The notes under the pieces are model-generated. The model was not told where the DNA came from, ran no database searches, and saw only the letters and a program-made list of their open reading frames with translations. 64,000 nt of DNA, from positions 62,001 through 126,000 of the IMG/VR virus record IMGVR_UViG_3300027770_000027; one strand, given 5' to 3'. Position numbers and translations under genes: made by a program. Below are positions 29,747 through 37,678 of this stretch, piece after piece (position 1 is the stretch's first letter; each line of letters begins with the position of its first letter).

Positions 29747-29995
29747 CTATAAAGAGAATCTCTTTTGAAACGCCTGCATCAACAAATCATACATTGTCTC
29801 TCGGAATATTGAGAACTGCCAGGGCTCCTTGAGATACTGTGTTTCTGTAATCCATAGTTTAAGATTATGAGAGTCTCTAATAAACTGGACATAACTTTCA
29901 CCCTGGAAATTAAAACTCTCTGCAGTATTAAACAATGTTGTCAGACGATCCAGGACATCATTAAGCTCTTCACTGATAACATCATATCTATCCAT
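29747..29995 (-). CDS. hypothetical protein
   Basis: Own TTCCCC promoter. Confidence 0.75.
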   Translation of the reverse strand: MDRYDVISEELNDVLDRLTTLFNTAESFNFQGESYVQFIRDSHNLKLWITETQYLKEPWQFSIFRETMYDLLMQAFQKRFSL

Positions 29996-30052
29996 ACTTT
30001 AATACTACATGATGATGTGGGGAAGGTCACTGTTGTATTAACGAGAGTTGTA

Positions 30053-30238
30053 TTAAAGAATACAAGATCCGTGACGGCTTATAATATATGTTTTAATTCG
30101 ACACTGATGTAGATCTTCTAACCATTTGATAATATCTTTATCTGGTAATTGTCCAATAATCAAGGGAGGTATTACTTGAAAAGGAAGACTTCTTTTATCA
30201 GACTCCCATTCTATATTTTTAAGATGTGTCCAGTTCAT
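30053..30238 (-). CDS. hypothetical protein
   Basis: ATGA overlap with the phosphoesterase. Confidence 0.65.
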   Translation of the reverse strand: MNWTHLKNIEWESDKRSLPFQVIPPLIIGQLPDKDIIKWLEDLHQCRIKTYIISRHGSCIL

Positions 30239-30978
30239 TGACTATTGTCTATTGATTCAAATGAATCTTTATCAAGATTAAATAAGAGAACTTCTGCTAG
30301 ATGACAATCAACATTAATATTTGTAGAATTAGTTTCCGGATGTGTAGAAGTAATTATTTTTCTAGAAGGAGTATGTCCTACAATCTGAGTGACATTATCA
30401 AAGAATTCTGAATTGTGCCAATCATTCCAAAGTAATCCACCCTTCTTATGTCTTCCACCTCTTATACGATCTGCTGCATACAAACAAGCAATGTCCCAGT
30501 CTCCTGTAGGAGCCTTTAAGGTTCTCTTGGCGTTTTCTATATTATAATTAATAGTATCTACAGTAACTCCCTTAAGAGGATGTTCAAACCAAAGTTTTGT
30601 AATACCCGCATGAGAGAACCAATACTCTTTATCTTTACCTTTAATGGAATGAAAGTATAAGAGTTTTTCCCAATCATCTGGTGTGAGAATTTTATTAATA
30701 ATTTCATGTTTCCAGTAAGCAAAACCGGAACAATACAACTTACCAATAGGTACCATATAATGAATGTCATGGTTACCCATTAAATGAAGACGCTTGGGAT
30801 TGGATAAAGATTCTTTAAGCCAATGTGCCATTGCTTCTACTTCAATAGCATTATCATCAAAGTCATCAAAGTAATCTCCTATAAAAATAGTTTGATCCAC
30901 TTCTGGTTCTCTTTTGAGAGCTTGCTCTACCAGAGCTACTTTTTGATGGACATCTCCAATAATTAAAAATTGATTCAT
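30235..30978 (-). CDS. calcineurin-like metallophosphoesterase
   Basis: GDVH, GDYFD, GNHD, HAG, GHT. Confidence 0.9.
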   Translation of the reverse strand: MNQFLIIGDVHQKVALVEQALKREPEVDQTIFIGDYFDDFDDNAIEVEAMAHWLKESLSNPKRLHLMGNHDIHYMVPIGKLYCSGFAYWKHEIINKILTPDDWEKLLYFHSIKGKDKEYWFSHAGITKLWFEHPLKGVTVDTINYNIENAKRTLKAPTGDWDIACLYAADRIRGGRHKKGGLLWNDWHNSEFFDNVTQIVGHTPSRKIITSTHPETNSTNINVDCHLAEVLLFNLDKDSFESIDNSQ

Positions 30979-31395
30979 ATATTAGGAACAAAGAGCTTTA
31001 CACCAAGAAGACCAATCATGGACAGATTTTGTTTCAATTTTTGTTTCCTCTGCAAGTTGTTTTTGGGTCTCTTCTATTTCTAGATAGGTTTCTTCAAGGG
31101 CGAGGATGTCGTCAAAGGTCTCAATGTTGCTCATCATGTTCTAATAATAACTGCTCTTTAGGGGAAGAGCAACTAGATTTACATCTAGAACATTCCGAGC
31201 CCATTAATATGTCATACGCCTTGTCCAAGGCTAACTTATATTGTTCAAAGGTTTCCTCCAGCATAATTTTTTTCTCTCTAATTTCAAGCAAAGCTCTATA
31301 TAATAATATTGCTTGAACCGATACCATTAACAACCAAAAGAACGCTAGAAGAGCATCAAGAGTAAACATAACAATACTATATACCAAAGCAATAA

Positions 31396-31426
31396 AAAAG
31401 GTCTAGACTTTAGATCTAGACCTTTT
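31396..31426. terminator. intrinsic terminator, possibly bidirectional
   Basis: AAAAGGTCTAGA-N7-TCTAGACCTTTT. Confidence 0.8.
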
Positions 31427-31449
31427 CAAATTCTGGGAGAGAATTTTAT

Positions 31450-31614
31450 TTAGAAACCCTTAGCGGCTGCTGTGTTCTTTTTAGACTTTTTACAAGCCGG
31501 ACATGTACATTTTTCATTTTTACATTTCTTACCCACTGTGCAAGGGCAAGGTGTTTTGGCTTCGTGAACAATTTGATAAGCTTGTTCTAATAGAATAGTG
31601 TCTTTGGTTCTCAT
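31450..31614 (-). CDS. MRTKDTILLEQAY-leader peptide with Cys/Lys-rich metallothionein-like body (start revised)
   Basis: CPC..C...CTC..C in the C-terminal 35 aa. Confidence 0.75.
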   Translation of the reverse strand: MRTKDTILLEQAYQIVHEAKTPCPCTVGKKCKNEKCTCPACKKSKKNTAAAKGF

Positions 31615-31618
31615 AAAA

Positions 31619-31798
31619 TTACATTTGTTCTCTGCGCCACCAATTTTCAAAATCAATTTGATCTTGGGATTTTACATCAGTGGGTTTTACATCAGCAAGT
31701 TTTGCTGCGGGAGGTTTAATAGGAGCAACAACTTCAGGAGTTTTGGTGTCGACAACTGGAGGAAGCTCTACTGGAGTTAAATTGTTATCAGCTGGCAT
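31619..31798 (-). CDS. 59-aa Pro-rich protein (MPADNNLTPVELPP...)
   Basis: Not in the track; TAAGTA box upstream. Confidence 0.65.
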   Translation of the reverse strand: MPADNNLTPVELPPVVDTKTPEVVAPIKPPAAKLADVKPTDVKSQDQIDFENWWRREQM

Positions 31799-31822
31799 AT
31801 GATATACTTACCCTAAAAGGGG

Positions 31823-31903
31823 TACGGACGGAGAGACTCGAACTCTCATGCCTTTCGGCGCCAGTTCCTAAGACTGGAGTGTCTGCCATTCCACCACGTC
31901 CGC
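31823..31903 (-). tRNA. trnL: tRNA-Leu(TAG)
   Basis: Cloverleaf, CCAGT-CTTAGGA-ACTGG, long V-arm, no encoded CCA. Confidence 0.95.
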
Positions 31904-31925
31904 TTTTATGTATTTATCCAGAAAA

Positions 31926-32016
31926 TGGTACACCGGGTGGGAATTGAACCCACACCTAGGAGTTATCTACTCAGTACGTGTATAAGACGTCTTGCTCTAC
32001 CGTGAGCTACCGGTGC
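31926..32016 (-). tRNA. tRNA with TAT anticodon (Ile?) and long variable arm
   Basis: ACGT-CTTATAC-ACGT; V-arm GAGT..ACTC; canonical T-arm; ACCA end. Confidence 0.8.
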
Positions 32017-32036
32017 CTGTTGGGTTAAGTATTGTT

Positions 32037-32411
32037 ATGATTAGATTGGTTAAAGCTATCGGAGAAAAATTAAAAGGCAAGCCATTGGCAATGAGATCTC
32101 CTCATTGGGCAACTACTAGACGTCATCACTTAAAAGATCATTCTACATGTGCAGCTTGTGGTGGTACAGAAAAATTACAAGTACACCACAAACAGCCTTA
32201 TCATCTACATCCAGATTTAGAATTGGAACCTACTAATTTGATTACCTTGTGTGAATTTGGAGATATTGATTGTCATTATAATATAGGTCATCATAGAGAC
32301 TGGAAATCTTTTAATCCAAATGTAGTACAAGATGCTGCCGCCAACCTAACAATTATTAACGAAAAGAAAGTGCGCCCGGTTGGGATTGAACCAACGACCA
32401 AGGAATTATGA
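32037..32411 (+). CDS. HNH endonuclease (start revised to MIRLVK)
   Basis: CAACG..L.VHH...NLITLC....CH; TAAGTA box upstream. Confidence 0.9.
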   Translation: MIRLVKAIGEKLKGKPLAMRSPHWATTRRHHLKDHSTCAACGGTEKLQVHHKQPYHLHPDLELEPTNLITLCEFGDIDCHYNIGHHRDWKSFNPNVVQDAAANLTIINEKKVRPVGIEPTTKEL

Positions 32412-32443
32412 GTTCCCTGCTCTGACCACTGAGCTACAGGCGC
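32371..32443 (-). tRNA. tRNA-CAT, probably Ile2 (lysidine type)
   Basis: GGGAA-CTCATAA-TTCCT; body resembles bacterial tRNA-Ile2. Confidence 0.85.
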
Positions 32444-32484
32444 TTATGATAAAATTATAATATATCGTAAGAGGGAAATCAACC

Positions 32485-32668
32485 AGGATGATGTGTTTTT
32501 CTCGCGAGTGTCTGTCACATCGTTCAACGGCCGACCAGCTTGAGCCAATCCATTACCGTCTAAGACCAGTGTTTAAGAAACACCCCTTTCACTAGGGTGT
32601 ACAGCTAGAGGTACTAACTTCAAACTGGACTAACTCTCTCTAGGTTGTCCGGCTAAGCCGGCTCGGAT
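32485..32668 (-). ncRNA. candidate structured RNA of about 185 nt
   Basis: ORF-free and GC-rich; several hairpins with G-U pairs on the minus strand; ATAAATA upstream. Confidence 0.55.
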
Positions 32669-32669
32669 T

Positions 32670-32900
32670 CTATTTATCTAGTTGTTCTACAATATCTTCT
32701 TCTGAAAAAAGACCAGTAGGAGTAAACCCCAAATCTGCTTCAAGTTCTTCAAATCTATAAAGAAATCCTTTAGAGAGATCTTGCTCATCACTATCTTCTT
32801 CAATCTCTCCGGTATACAGACCTTCTCCTCGATATGAGGCGTCTGGCCACTTAGGATCTACATAGTCAATATAATAACGTTTACCGGTTACTGGAATCAT
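32670..32900 (-). CDS. hypothetical acidic protein
   Basis: ORF track. Confidence 0.75.
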   Translation of the reverse strand: MIPVTGKRYYIDYVDPKWPDASYRGEGLYTGEIEEDSDEQDLSKGFLYRFEELEADLGFTPTGLFSEEDIVEQLDK

Positions 32901-32935
32901 ATTTATATATTATAAGAACATTTAAAATATATCAA

Positions 32936-33202
32936 CTATGCTTTGGGTTTTCTTTTAAGAAACTCTGAAACAACTTTGTCTGCTGCTTTGAATTCTGTTG
33001 TATGATTAGCAACTGGCTCGATGTAACGATCCCAAAAGACTTCTGTATCAGGTTCACTACCGAACCTATTCTTGTAATCTACAACAAGAAAGCAACCTTC
33101 CTTTATGTTCACTCTAAACGCCTTCGTTTCTGGACCATCATATACACATTCAGTGCGGACATCCAACAATTGCTTACCTGAAGTTTGAGTTTGCTTTGTC
33201 AT
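32936..33202 (-). CDS. hypothetical protein
   Basis: ORF track. Confidence 0.7.
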   Translation of the reverse strand: MTKQTQTSGKQLLDVRTECVYDGPETKAFRVNIKEGCFLVVDYKNRFGSEPDTEVFWDRYIEPVANHTTEFKAADKVVSEFLKRKPKA

Positions 33203-33226
33203 GTTTAATACTTATAGAAAATAAAT

Positions 33227-33313
33227 CCAACGGCGCTCATGTCTCTGTCTCCCAACCACGGGACACACCAGAGAAATTATACATGGGTCGATGGTATAAT
33301 GAGATTCCGTTGG
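33227..33313 (-). ncRNA. candidate three-way-junction RNA
   Basis: CCAACGG/CCGTTGG and CTCAT/ATGAG closing stem with two inner hairpins. Confidence 0.55.
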
Positions 33314-33432
33314 CCACCAGAAGAGCTCACCGGGTCTTATATGTTACTGGTTAGATAACTTTTGTCCCTTTAAGTGATTTTTTTAAGTGAATCAACACCG
33401 GATCTTGTTTTAAGTGAAAGCCAACACTAAGC

Positions 33433-33532
33433 TTTTCCAGGTTGGATTCGAACCAACGGCGAGCGCTTTGTCCCGGCATTTTGGCCCTTAACCATGAGGG
33501 AGCACTAGATCTACCAACTGAGTTACTGGAAA
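33433..33532 (-). ncRNA. tRNA-like RNA with expanded, anticodon-less arm
   Basis: Perfect acceptor stem and T-arm GTTGG-TTCGAAT-CCAAC; extra hairpin replaces the anticodon loop. Confidence 0.75.
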
Positions 33533-33536
33533 ATTA

Positions 33537-33634
33537 TGGAGACTAGGTTGGTCATTTCATCCAACATCCTGTACTGGTTCCTCAGAGTTTTATACTTAAA
33601 CTACTAGTCATTTGAAATTAAAGTGTCTAGTCTC
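33537..33634 (-). ncRNA. candidate structured RNA ending in CCA
   Basis: GAGACTAG/CTAGTCTC closing stem; motif shared with 34991-35029. Confidence 0.5.
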
Positions 33635-33641
33635 TCCCAGT

Positions 33642-33708
33642 GTCACACAACTACTTTACCAGATTAATCCGGTTACTCACTCCACATTGTGTAGAGGGCA
33701 TGTGTCGC
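33642..33708 (-). ncRNA. candidate small three-way-junction RNA
   Basis: CTCTACA/TGTGGAG and ACCGGA/TCTGGT hairpins within an ACACA/TGTGT stem. Confidence 0.45.
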
Positions 33709-33715
33709 AAAAAAA

Positions 33716-33803
33716 TGGTCGCCTAGGCCGGACTCGAACCGGCACGAGGAGTGCTCCTCGACAGATTTTAAGTCTGTTGTGTCTGCCATTTCACCACTAG
33801 GCG
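33716..33803 (-). tRNA. trnL: tRNA-Leu(TAA)
   Basis: Cloverleaf, long V-arm, CCA. Confidence 0.95.
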
Positions 33804-33806
33804 TGT

Positions 33807-33818
33807 CTATCAAAGATC
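33807..33818 (-). promoter_or_regulatory. boxA-like element GATCTTTGATAG
   Basis: Just downstream of a TTCCC promoter; identical copy at 35052-35063. Confidence 0.6.
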
Positions 33819-33871
33819 ATTTATTATGTTAATATCTTAACATCACTTACTGGGAAGGTCACCTGGGAAAT

Positions 33872-33945
33872 TGGTAGTCCGCCCAGGGCTCGAACCTGGA
33901 ATAAGAGATTCAAAATCTCCTGTGTTACCATTACACCAACGGACT
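33872..33945 (-). tRNA. trnQ: tRNA-Gln(TTG)
   Basis: Cloverleaf, CCA. Confidence 0.95.
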
Positions 33946-33948
33946 ATA

Positions 33949-34024
33949 TGGTCGTGATGGAGAGACTCGAACTCTCGATACCTTGGTCCCAAACCAAGTG
34001 CCATAGCCGCTAGGCGACATCACG
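33949..34024 (-). tRNA. trnP: tRNA-Pro(TGG)
   Basis: Cloverleaf, CCA. Confidence 0.95.
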
Positions 34025-34035
34025 TTATCTAAAAA

Positions 34036-34109
34036 TGGTTGACCATGAAGGTAACGCTCCTTCGTCCTTCGATTATCAGTCGAGAGCTCTACTTTTAAGC
34101 TAATGGTCA
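34036..34109 (-). tRNA. trnI: tRNA-Ile(GAT) with non-canonical D- and T-loops
   Basis: T-loop AGCGTTA, D-loop AAAAGTA; CCA. Confidence 0.85.
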
Positions 34110-34112
34110 ATA

Positions 34113-34187
34113 TGGAGCCAACAGTCGGGATTGAACCGACGACCGGTGGTTTACAAAACCACTGCTCTACCACTGAGCTATGCTGGC
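34113..34187 (-). tRNA. trnT: tRNA-Thr(TGT)
   Basis: Cloverleaf, CCA. Confidence 0.95.
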
Positions 34188-34191
34188 AATG

Positions 34192-34264
34192 TGGAGCCTA
34201 AGGGATTCGAACCCTTCACCTATAGCTTGCAAAGCTACCGCTCTACCGAATGAGCTAAGACCCC
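34192..34264 (-). tRNA. trnA: tRNA-Ala(TGC)
   Basis: G3-U70 pair; no encoded CCA. Confidence 0.95.
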
Positions 34265-34270
34265 TTAAAA

Positions 34271-34344
34271 TGGTGGACCATGAGGGTAACGCTCCCTCTT
34301 GATTCGGTTAAAAGCCGAGTGCTTTACTTTTAAGCTAATGGTCC
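34271..34344 (-). tRNA. trnK: tRNA-Lys(TTT) with non-canonical D- and T-loops
   Basis: Same scaffold as tRNA-Ile(GAT); CCA. Confidence 0.85.
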
Positions 34345-34348
34345 GAAA

Positions 34349-34424
34349 TGGTTGCACAGGTCGGATTCGAACCGACGATCTTTTGGTTATGAGCCAAATG
34401 AGTTGACCTCTTCTCTACCGTGCG
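34349..34424 (-). tRNA. initiator-type tRNA-Met(CAT)
   Basis: C1-A72 mismatch; anticodon stem has only two G-C pairs. Confidence 0.85.
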
Positions 34425-34431
34425 ATTAAAA

Positions 34432-34506
34432 TGGCTCCTGGAGTAGGACTCGAACCTACAACGTCCTCGTTAACAGCGAGGTGCTCTACCATTGAGCTAT
34501 CCAGGA
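34432..34506 (-). tRNA. trnN: tRNA-Asn(GTT)
   Basis: Cloverleaf, GCCA end. Confidence 0.95.
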
Positions 34507-34510
34507 ATGT

Positions 34511-34580
34511 AAGACCCGAGAGGAATTGAACCTCTAAACAGAAAGACTCATCTATCTGCCGACTTCCTTTCGGCGGGTCT
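34511..34580 (-). ncRNA. tRNA-like RNA with a 4-nt loop instead of an anticodon loop
   Basis: AGACCCG/CGGGTCT acceptor; AGAGG-TTCAATT-CCTCT T-arm; CAGATAGA-TGAG-TCTTTCTG arm. Confidence 0.75.
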
Positions 34581-34591
34581 ATTAAAATTAT

Positions 34592-34855
34592 TTATAGTTC
34601 ATAGACAGCATTGCTGTCAGATTCTTCACAAAACTCAACAAATCGTTTAAAATCTTCAACTGCATCAAGAGTACTTTCAAATTGATCCCAATAGCTGACA
34701 CCGTCCTGGTGTTCCGCTTCTGTAATATACTCTGCCAATAGATCTTCTAGAGGTTCTTTCCAAGAGACAACAGTCATGGCTGCATCAATAAAAGAAGTCT
34801 TCAAAGGATGTTCAAGGGTGTTCATGTCGTGGTGATTAGGATTGGTGTTTTTCAT
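34592..34855 (-). CDS. hypothetical acidic protein within the tRNA cluster
   Basis: Own TTCCC promoter. Confidence 0.75.
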   Translation of the reverse strand: MKNTNPNHHDMNTLEHPLKTSFIDAAMTVVSWKEPLEDLLAEYITEAEHQDGVSYWDQFESTLDAVEDFKRFVEFCEESDSNAVYEL

Positions 34856-34898
34856 TGTTTATATATTAGAGGTTTATTATGGGAAGGTCACTAAAAAA

Positions 34899-34984
34899 TG
34901 GTGGGAGATGTGGGTAACGATCCCACCGAGCATGAATGCGCCAGATTTACAGTCTGGACCGTCTCCTTAACGGTATACTCTCCC
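34899..34984 (-). tRNA. trnY: tRNA-Tyr(GTA), atypical T-loop ATCGTTA
   Basis: CCAGA-CTGTAAA-TCTGG, V-arm, CCA. Confidence 0.9.
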
Positions 34985-35127
34985 AAAAACTCCTAGGGGT
35001 TGGTCTCATTATTAAGAGGTGCCCTAGGACATGATGAAAACTGCTATGTAACTATCAAAGATCTAACTTAATTATGGTTTAAGTATACCAGCAGTCATGG
35101 GGAACTGCTCCTGGAAATTTATTTATC

Positions 35128-37030
35128 CTACACGTTGCTGATTTCCAAATTAATTTCTTCATCACTTAGTCGGCAATAAAGAGTTTCACCTGTGTCTGGA
35201 CAAATTTGAATCTTTACAAAACCTTCAGCTACCATGTATTTCAGATTTCGCATAATTGCTTCGCGAAGATATTCTTTATATTCTTTGTCGGTCATCATCA
35301 TTTCATCGTCTTTCATTGTTAGAATCTTAAAGGATCTTACCGGGAAAGGCACCTTGTTATTCAAGGCGGTGAGAACTGAAACGATGAGGAAATTTTTTAT
35401 CTATGCAAATAAATTCAATAGGCCCAAATCCTCTTTGTACTGCTAGGTACTCTTTATTGATCAGGGTAATTACTTTGTAATGAGTAACTTCTTCTTCTTC
35501 CTTGGGGGAATTCTTATCGGAAGCAAGTGCCGGAATAAAAACTGCGGCGGCTAATAGTAAACTTAAAGTCAATTTCATAGGTTGTTTTTATTATAGTCTT
35601 TTATTTGTTCTTTGCAAGCTTCTTTTCTCGCCGTTGATCTAAAAAGGCGATTATTTCTACACCAAGAACAACGACCATGATTGCGGCAAGTCCAGTCAAA
35701 AGTCTTACTGGTACGTCCATAATAGGGTTTGCGGTTTTCTTTACCATGTAAAATAGATTTATCTAAGCTCATGTAAAAATTACCGGATGATGTGCTTCTT
35801 TTTTAGCTAAAAAACAAGGTACACAAGATACTCTATTTTCTACACGATAACGGGCAAATCTTTTATCTAGACGCAATCCACAATGAACACAGGATTCATC
35901 AACAATTACCGGTTCATCATTAAACATTAGAACTTGTTTGTTCTTTTGGTTTTTGCTCATTTTTTTTCGACCAGTCTATTTCAGACCAATTTTCTACTAT
36001 TTTTTTAAGATTTTCTTTACGGCGTTTACTTCCTTTTCCGTTTGACATAATCTATTCAACCAAAACAGCGGCATTGAGTCGATCAACCTCTGAAAGAATA
36101 GCACCGTCAACGTCTTCTACAACTTCACCGATTACTCGCTGAGTACTTTCTGGGTGATAAGAATAGAATCCTTGATCATTGCGAACAATTTCACCTAGTA
36201 CAGAGCCATTACGGTTATCATAGACGTCAAAACGACTTCCTGTCTTAGTTTGGATATGGATTAGTTTATTCATGTGTATTTATTTTATATGTAGTTTAGT
36301 AAGAGTCACCGGAGTCTGAAGAATTAATACAATCTAATGCAAGCCACACATCAGAACTTATTTTAGGAGTTGTTGTTACAAGAGTTGCAGTAGCCCCGGA
36401 TGCAAATGATAGAGTGTATAGATGTTTGTTGTTACGTGTGAAGGTTCCTAGCAAAACATTTGTAGTAGTTCTGTAAAAATTGTAGGTGAGATATGTATCA
36501 TATTGTACATATATGGTAGAAAGGGAAGGGAATCTCATCTTATATTTAGGAAATAATGAATATAGTACAGAGAATAAGAATACTAAAGCCTAAACTTAAA
36601 CATCCCAGGATTACTACTTTTTGTTTATATGAAAACATTTCTGTATTTCTATAAGGTAAAGGGGAATAAATAGGCCGGCCGTTGTCATAACTAATTAAAT
36701 ATTTCATAGGTGATTACCATTTTTAAGTTCTTCCAAATAACCACACAGGTGTAATACTTTATAGAAAGCTTTTTTATTATTTTGCTTCTTATTAAAACGG
36801 GCAGTATCTGGACAAATATGTTCAGCCATGGCTGTATGAGGGCCTCCTGCAAAAATACCCGCCGGAATAGTAACCTTGCACAAAGTAGAACCTCCTAGAT
36901 GAGACAATCTTTTAGATTGGTCCATGCGTTTTTGTCCAAATGGAGGTTCTACGTAACGACGCCAATGGCGAAAGGTGATCTTCCACCCGTGTTTCTTCAA
37001 GCTATTGTAGTCTAGTGGTTGCTTGCTCAT
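35128..37030 (-). other. small hypothetical CDSs (35128-35316, 35357-35578 with signal peptide, 35575-35772, 35769-35960, 36052-36273, 36296-36538, 36704-37030)
   Basis: ORF track with overlaps; 35575-35772 has a CRNHG.C.WC motif. Confidence 0.7.
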
Positions 37031-37039
37031 GATTTTATA

Positions 37040-37678
37040 TTAGGTAGAAATGATGGGAACTTCAATGCTCTTGTGGTGTATATCATTAGCATTTTTTGTT
37101 CTCATAATTTTCTCTACCTCTTTTGAAAGTGATATGGGTTTACGAAATACATCCCAACCACAATCTAAGATTTTGCTTTCCTTGTTTTGAGGAAGGGAAT
37201 ACTGAAGATCTCCATGACTATGTCCACAAAGATGAAAGGCCCCTTTACCCCGACCATCCCAAACTTGAATAGGAAAGTGGAAACAAACAAAGAATTTACC
37301 ATTAGAGGTAAATGTAAAATAATGGCCCAGAAACTTAACTTTACAAGTTAACCCCATGGCAGTATAATCTGCAGCTGCCCTATTCCAAGGATTATTATGA
37401 TTACCGTGCAGCATCCAAATCTCTCCAATTCTCAATTGTCTTAGAATATCTTTATAACGATCCCAAGAAGTGTTTAGGCAAAAATCGCCCAAGTGCAAAA
37501 GAATACCATCCGGGCCTACGGTTTTATTAATAGTTTGAATGATGTCTTCATCCATTTCTTGAGGAGATTTATATCCCCTCTTTGCATAAAGAAATTCTTT
37601 ATTATGACCAAAATGTGTGTCTGAGGTGACAAACATCCTATCATATTCTTCTGTCGGAGATTTATACATTACTTCCAT
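37040..37678 (-). CDS. metallophosphoesterase (type often found beside RNA ligases)
   Basis: SDTHFGH, HLGDF, GNH, HFP, GHSH. Confidence 0.9.
   Translation of the reverse strand: MEVMYKSPTEEYDRMFVTSDTHFGHNKEFLYAKRGYKSPQEMDEDIIQTINKTVGPDGILLHLGDFCLNTSWDRYKDILRQLRIGEIWMLHGNHNNPWNRAAADYTAMGLTCKVKFLGHYFTFTSNGKFFVCFHFPIQVWDGRGKGAFHLCGHSHGDLQYSLPQNKESKILDCGWDVFRKPISLSKEVEKIMRTKNANDIHHKSIEVPIIST

Noticed and set aside
17-30030. Integron attC sites
   Set aside because: No RYYYAAC/GTTRRRY inverted cores or extended palindromes, and no tyrosine integrase in the window.
149-30112. Plus-strand ORFs in the track (e.g. 1366-1869, 8797-9231, 23826-24530)
   Set aside because: They are antisense shadows of minus-strand genes that have promoters and recognisable motifs.
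32485-32668. 6S RNA or RNase P RNA assignment
   Set aside because: Only short word matches (TGAGCCAAT, AAACTGGAC; AGTCC, GTGAAAG). The closing stem and core regions cannot be built convincingly, so it is left unassigned.
33227-33313. Purine riboswitch
   Set aside because: Superficial CTCAT...TTTCT...ATGAG similarity, but the conserved L2/L3 loop sequences are missing.
33550-33610. Hammerhead ribozyme (CTGAGGA...GAAA on the minus strand)
   Set aside because: Stems I and II can be drawn, but no NUH site or stem III fits in register.
33612-34173. ORFs 33612-33800 and 33931-34173
   Set aside because: They overlap tRNA genes and are spurious.
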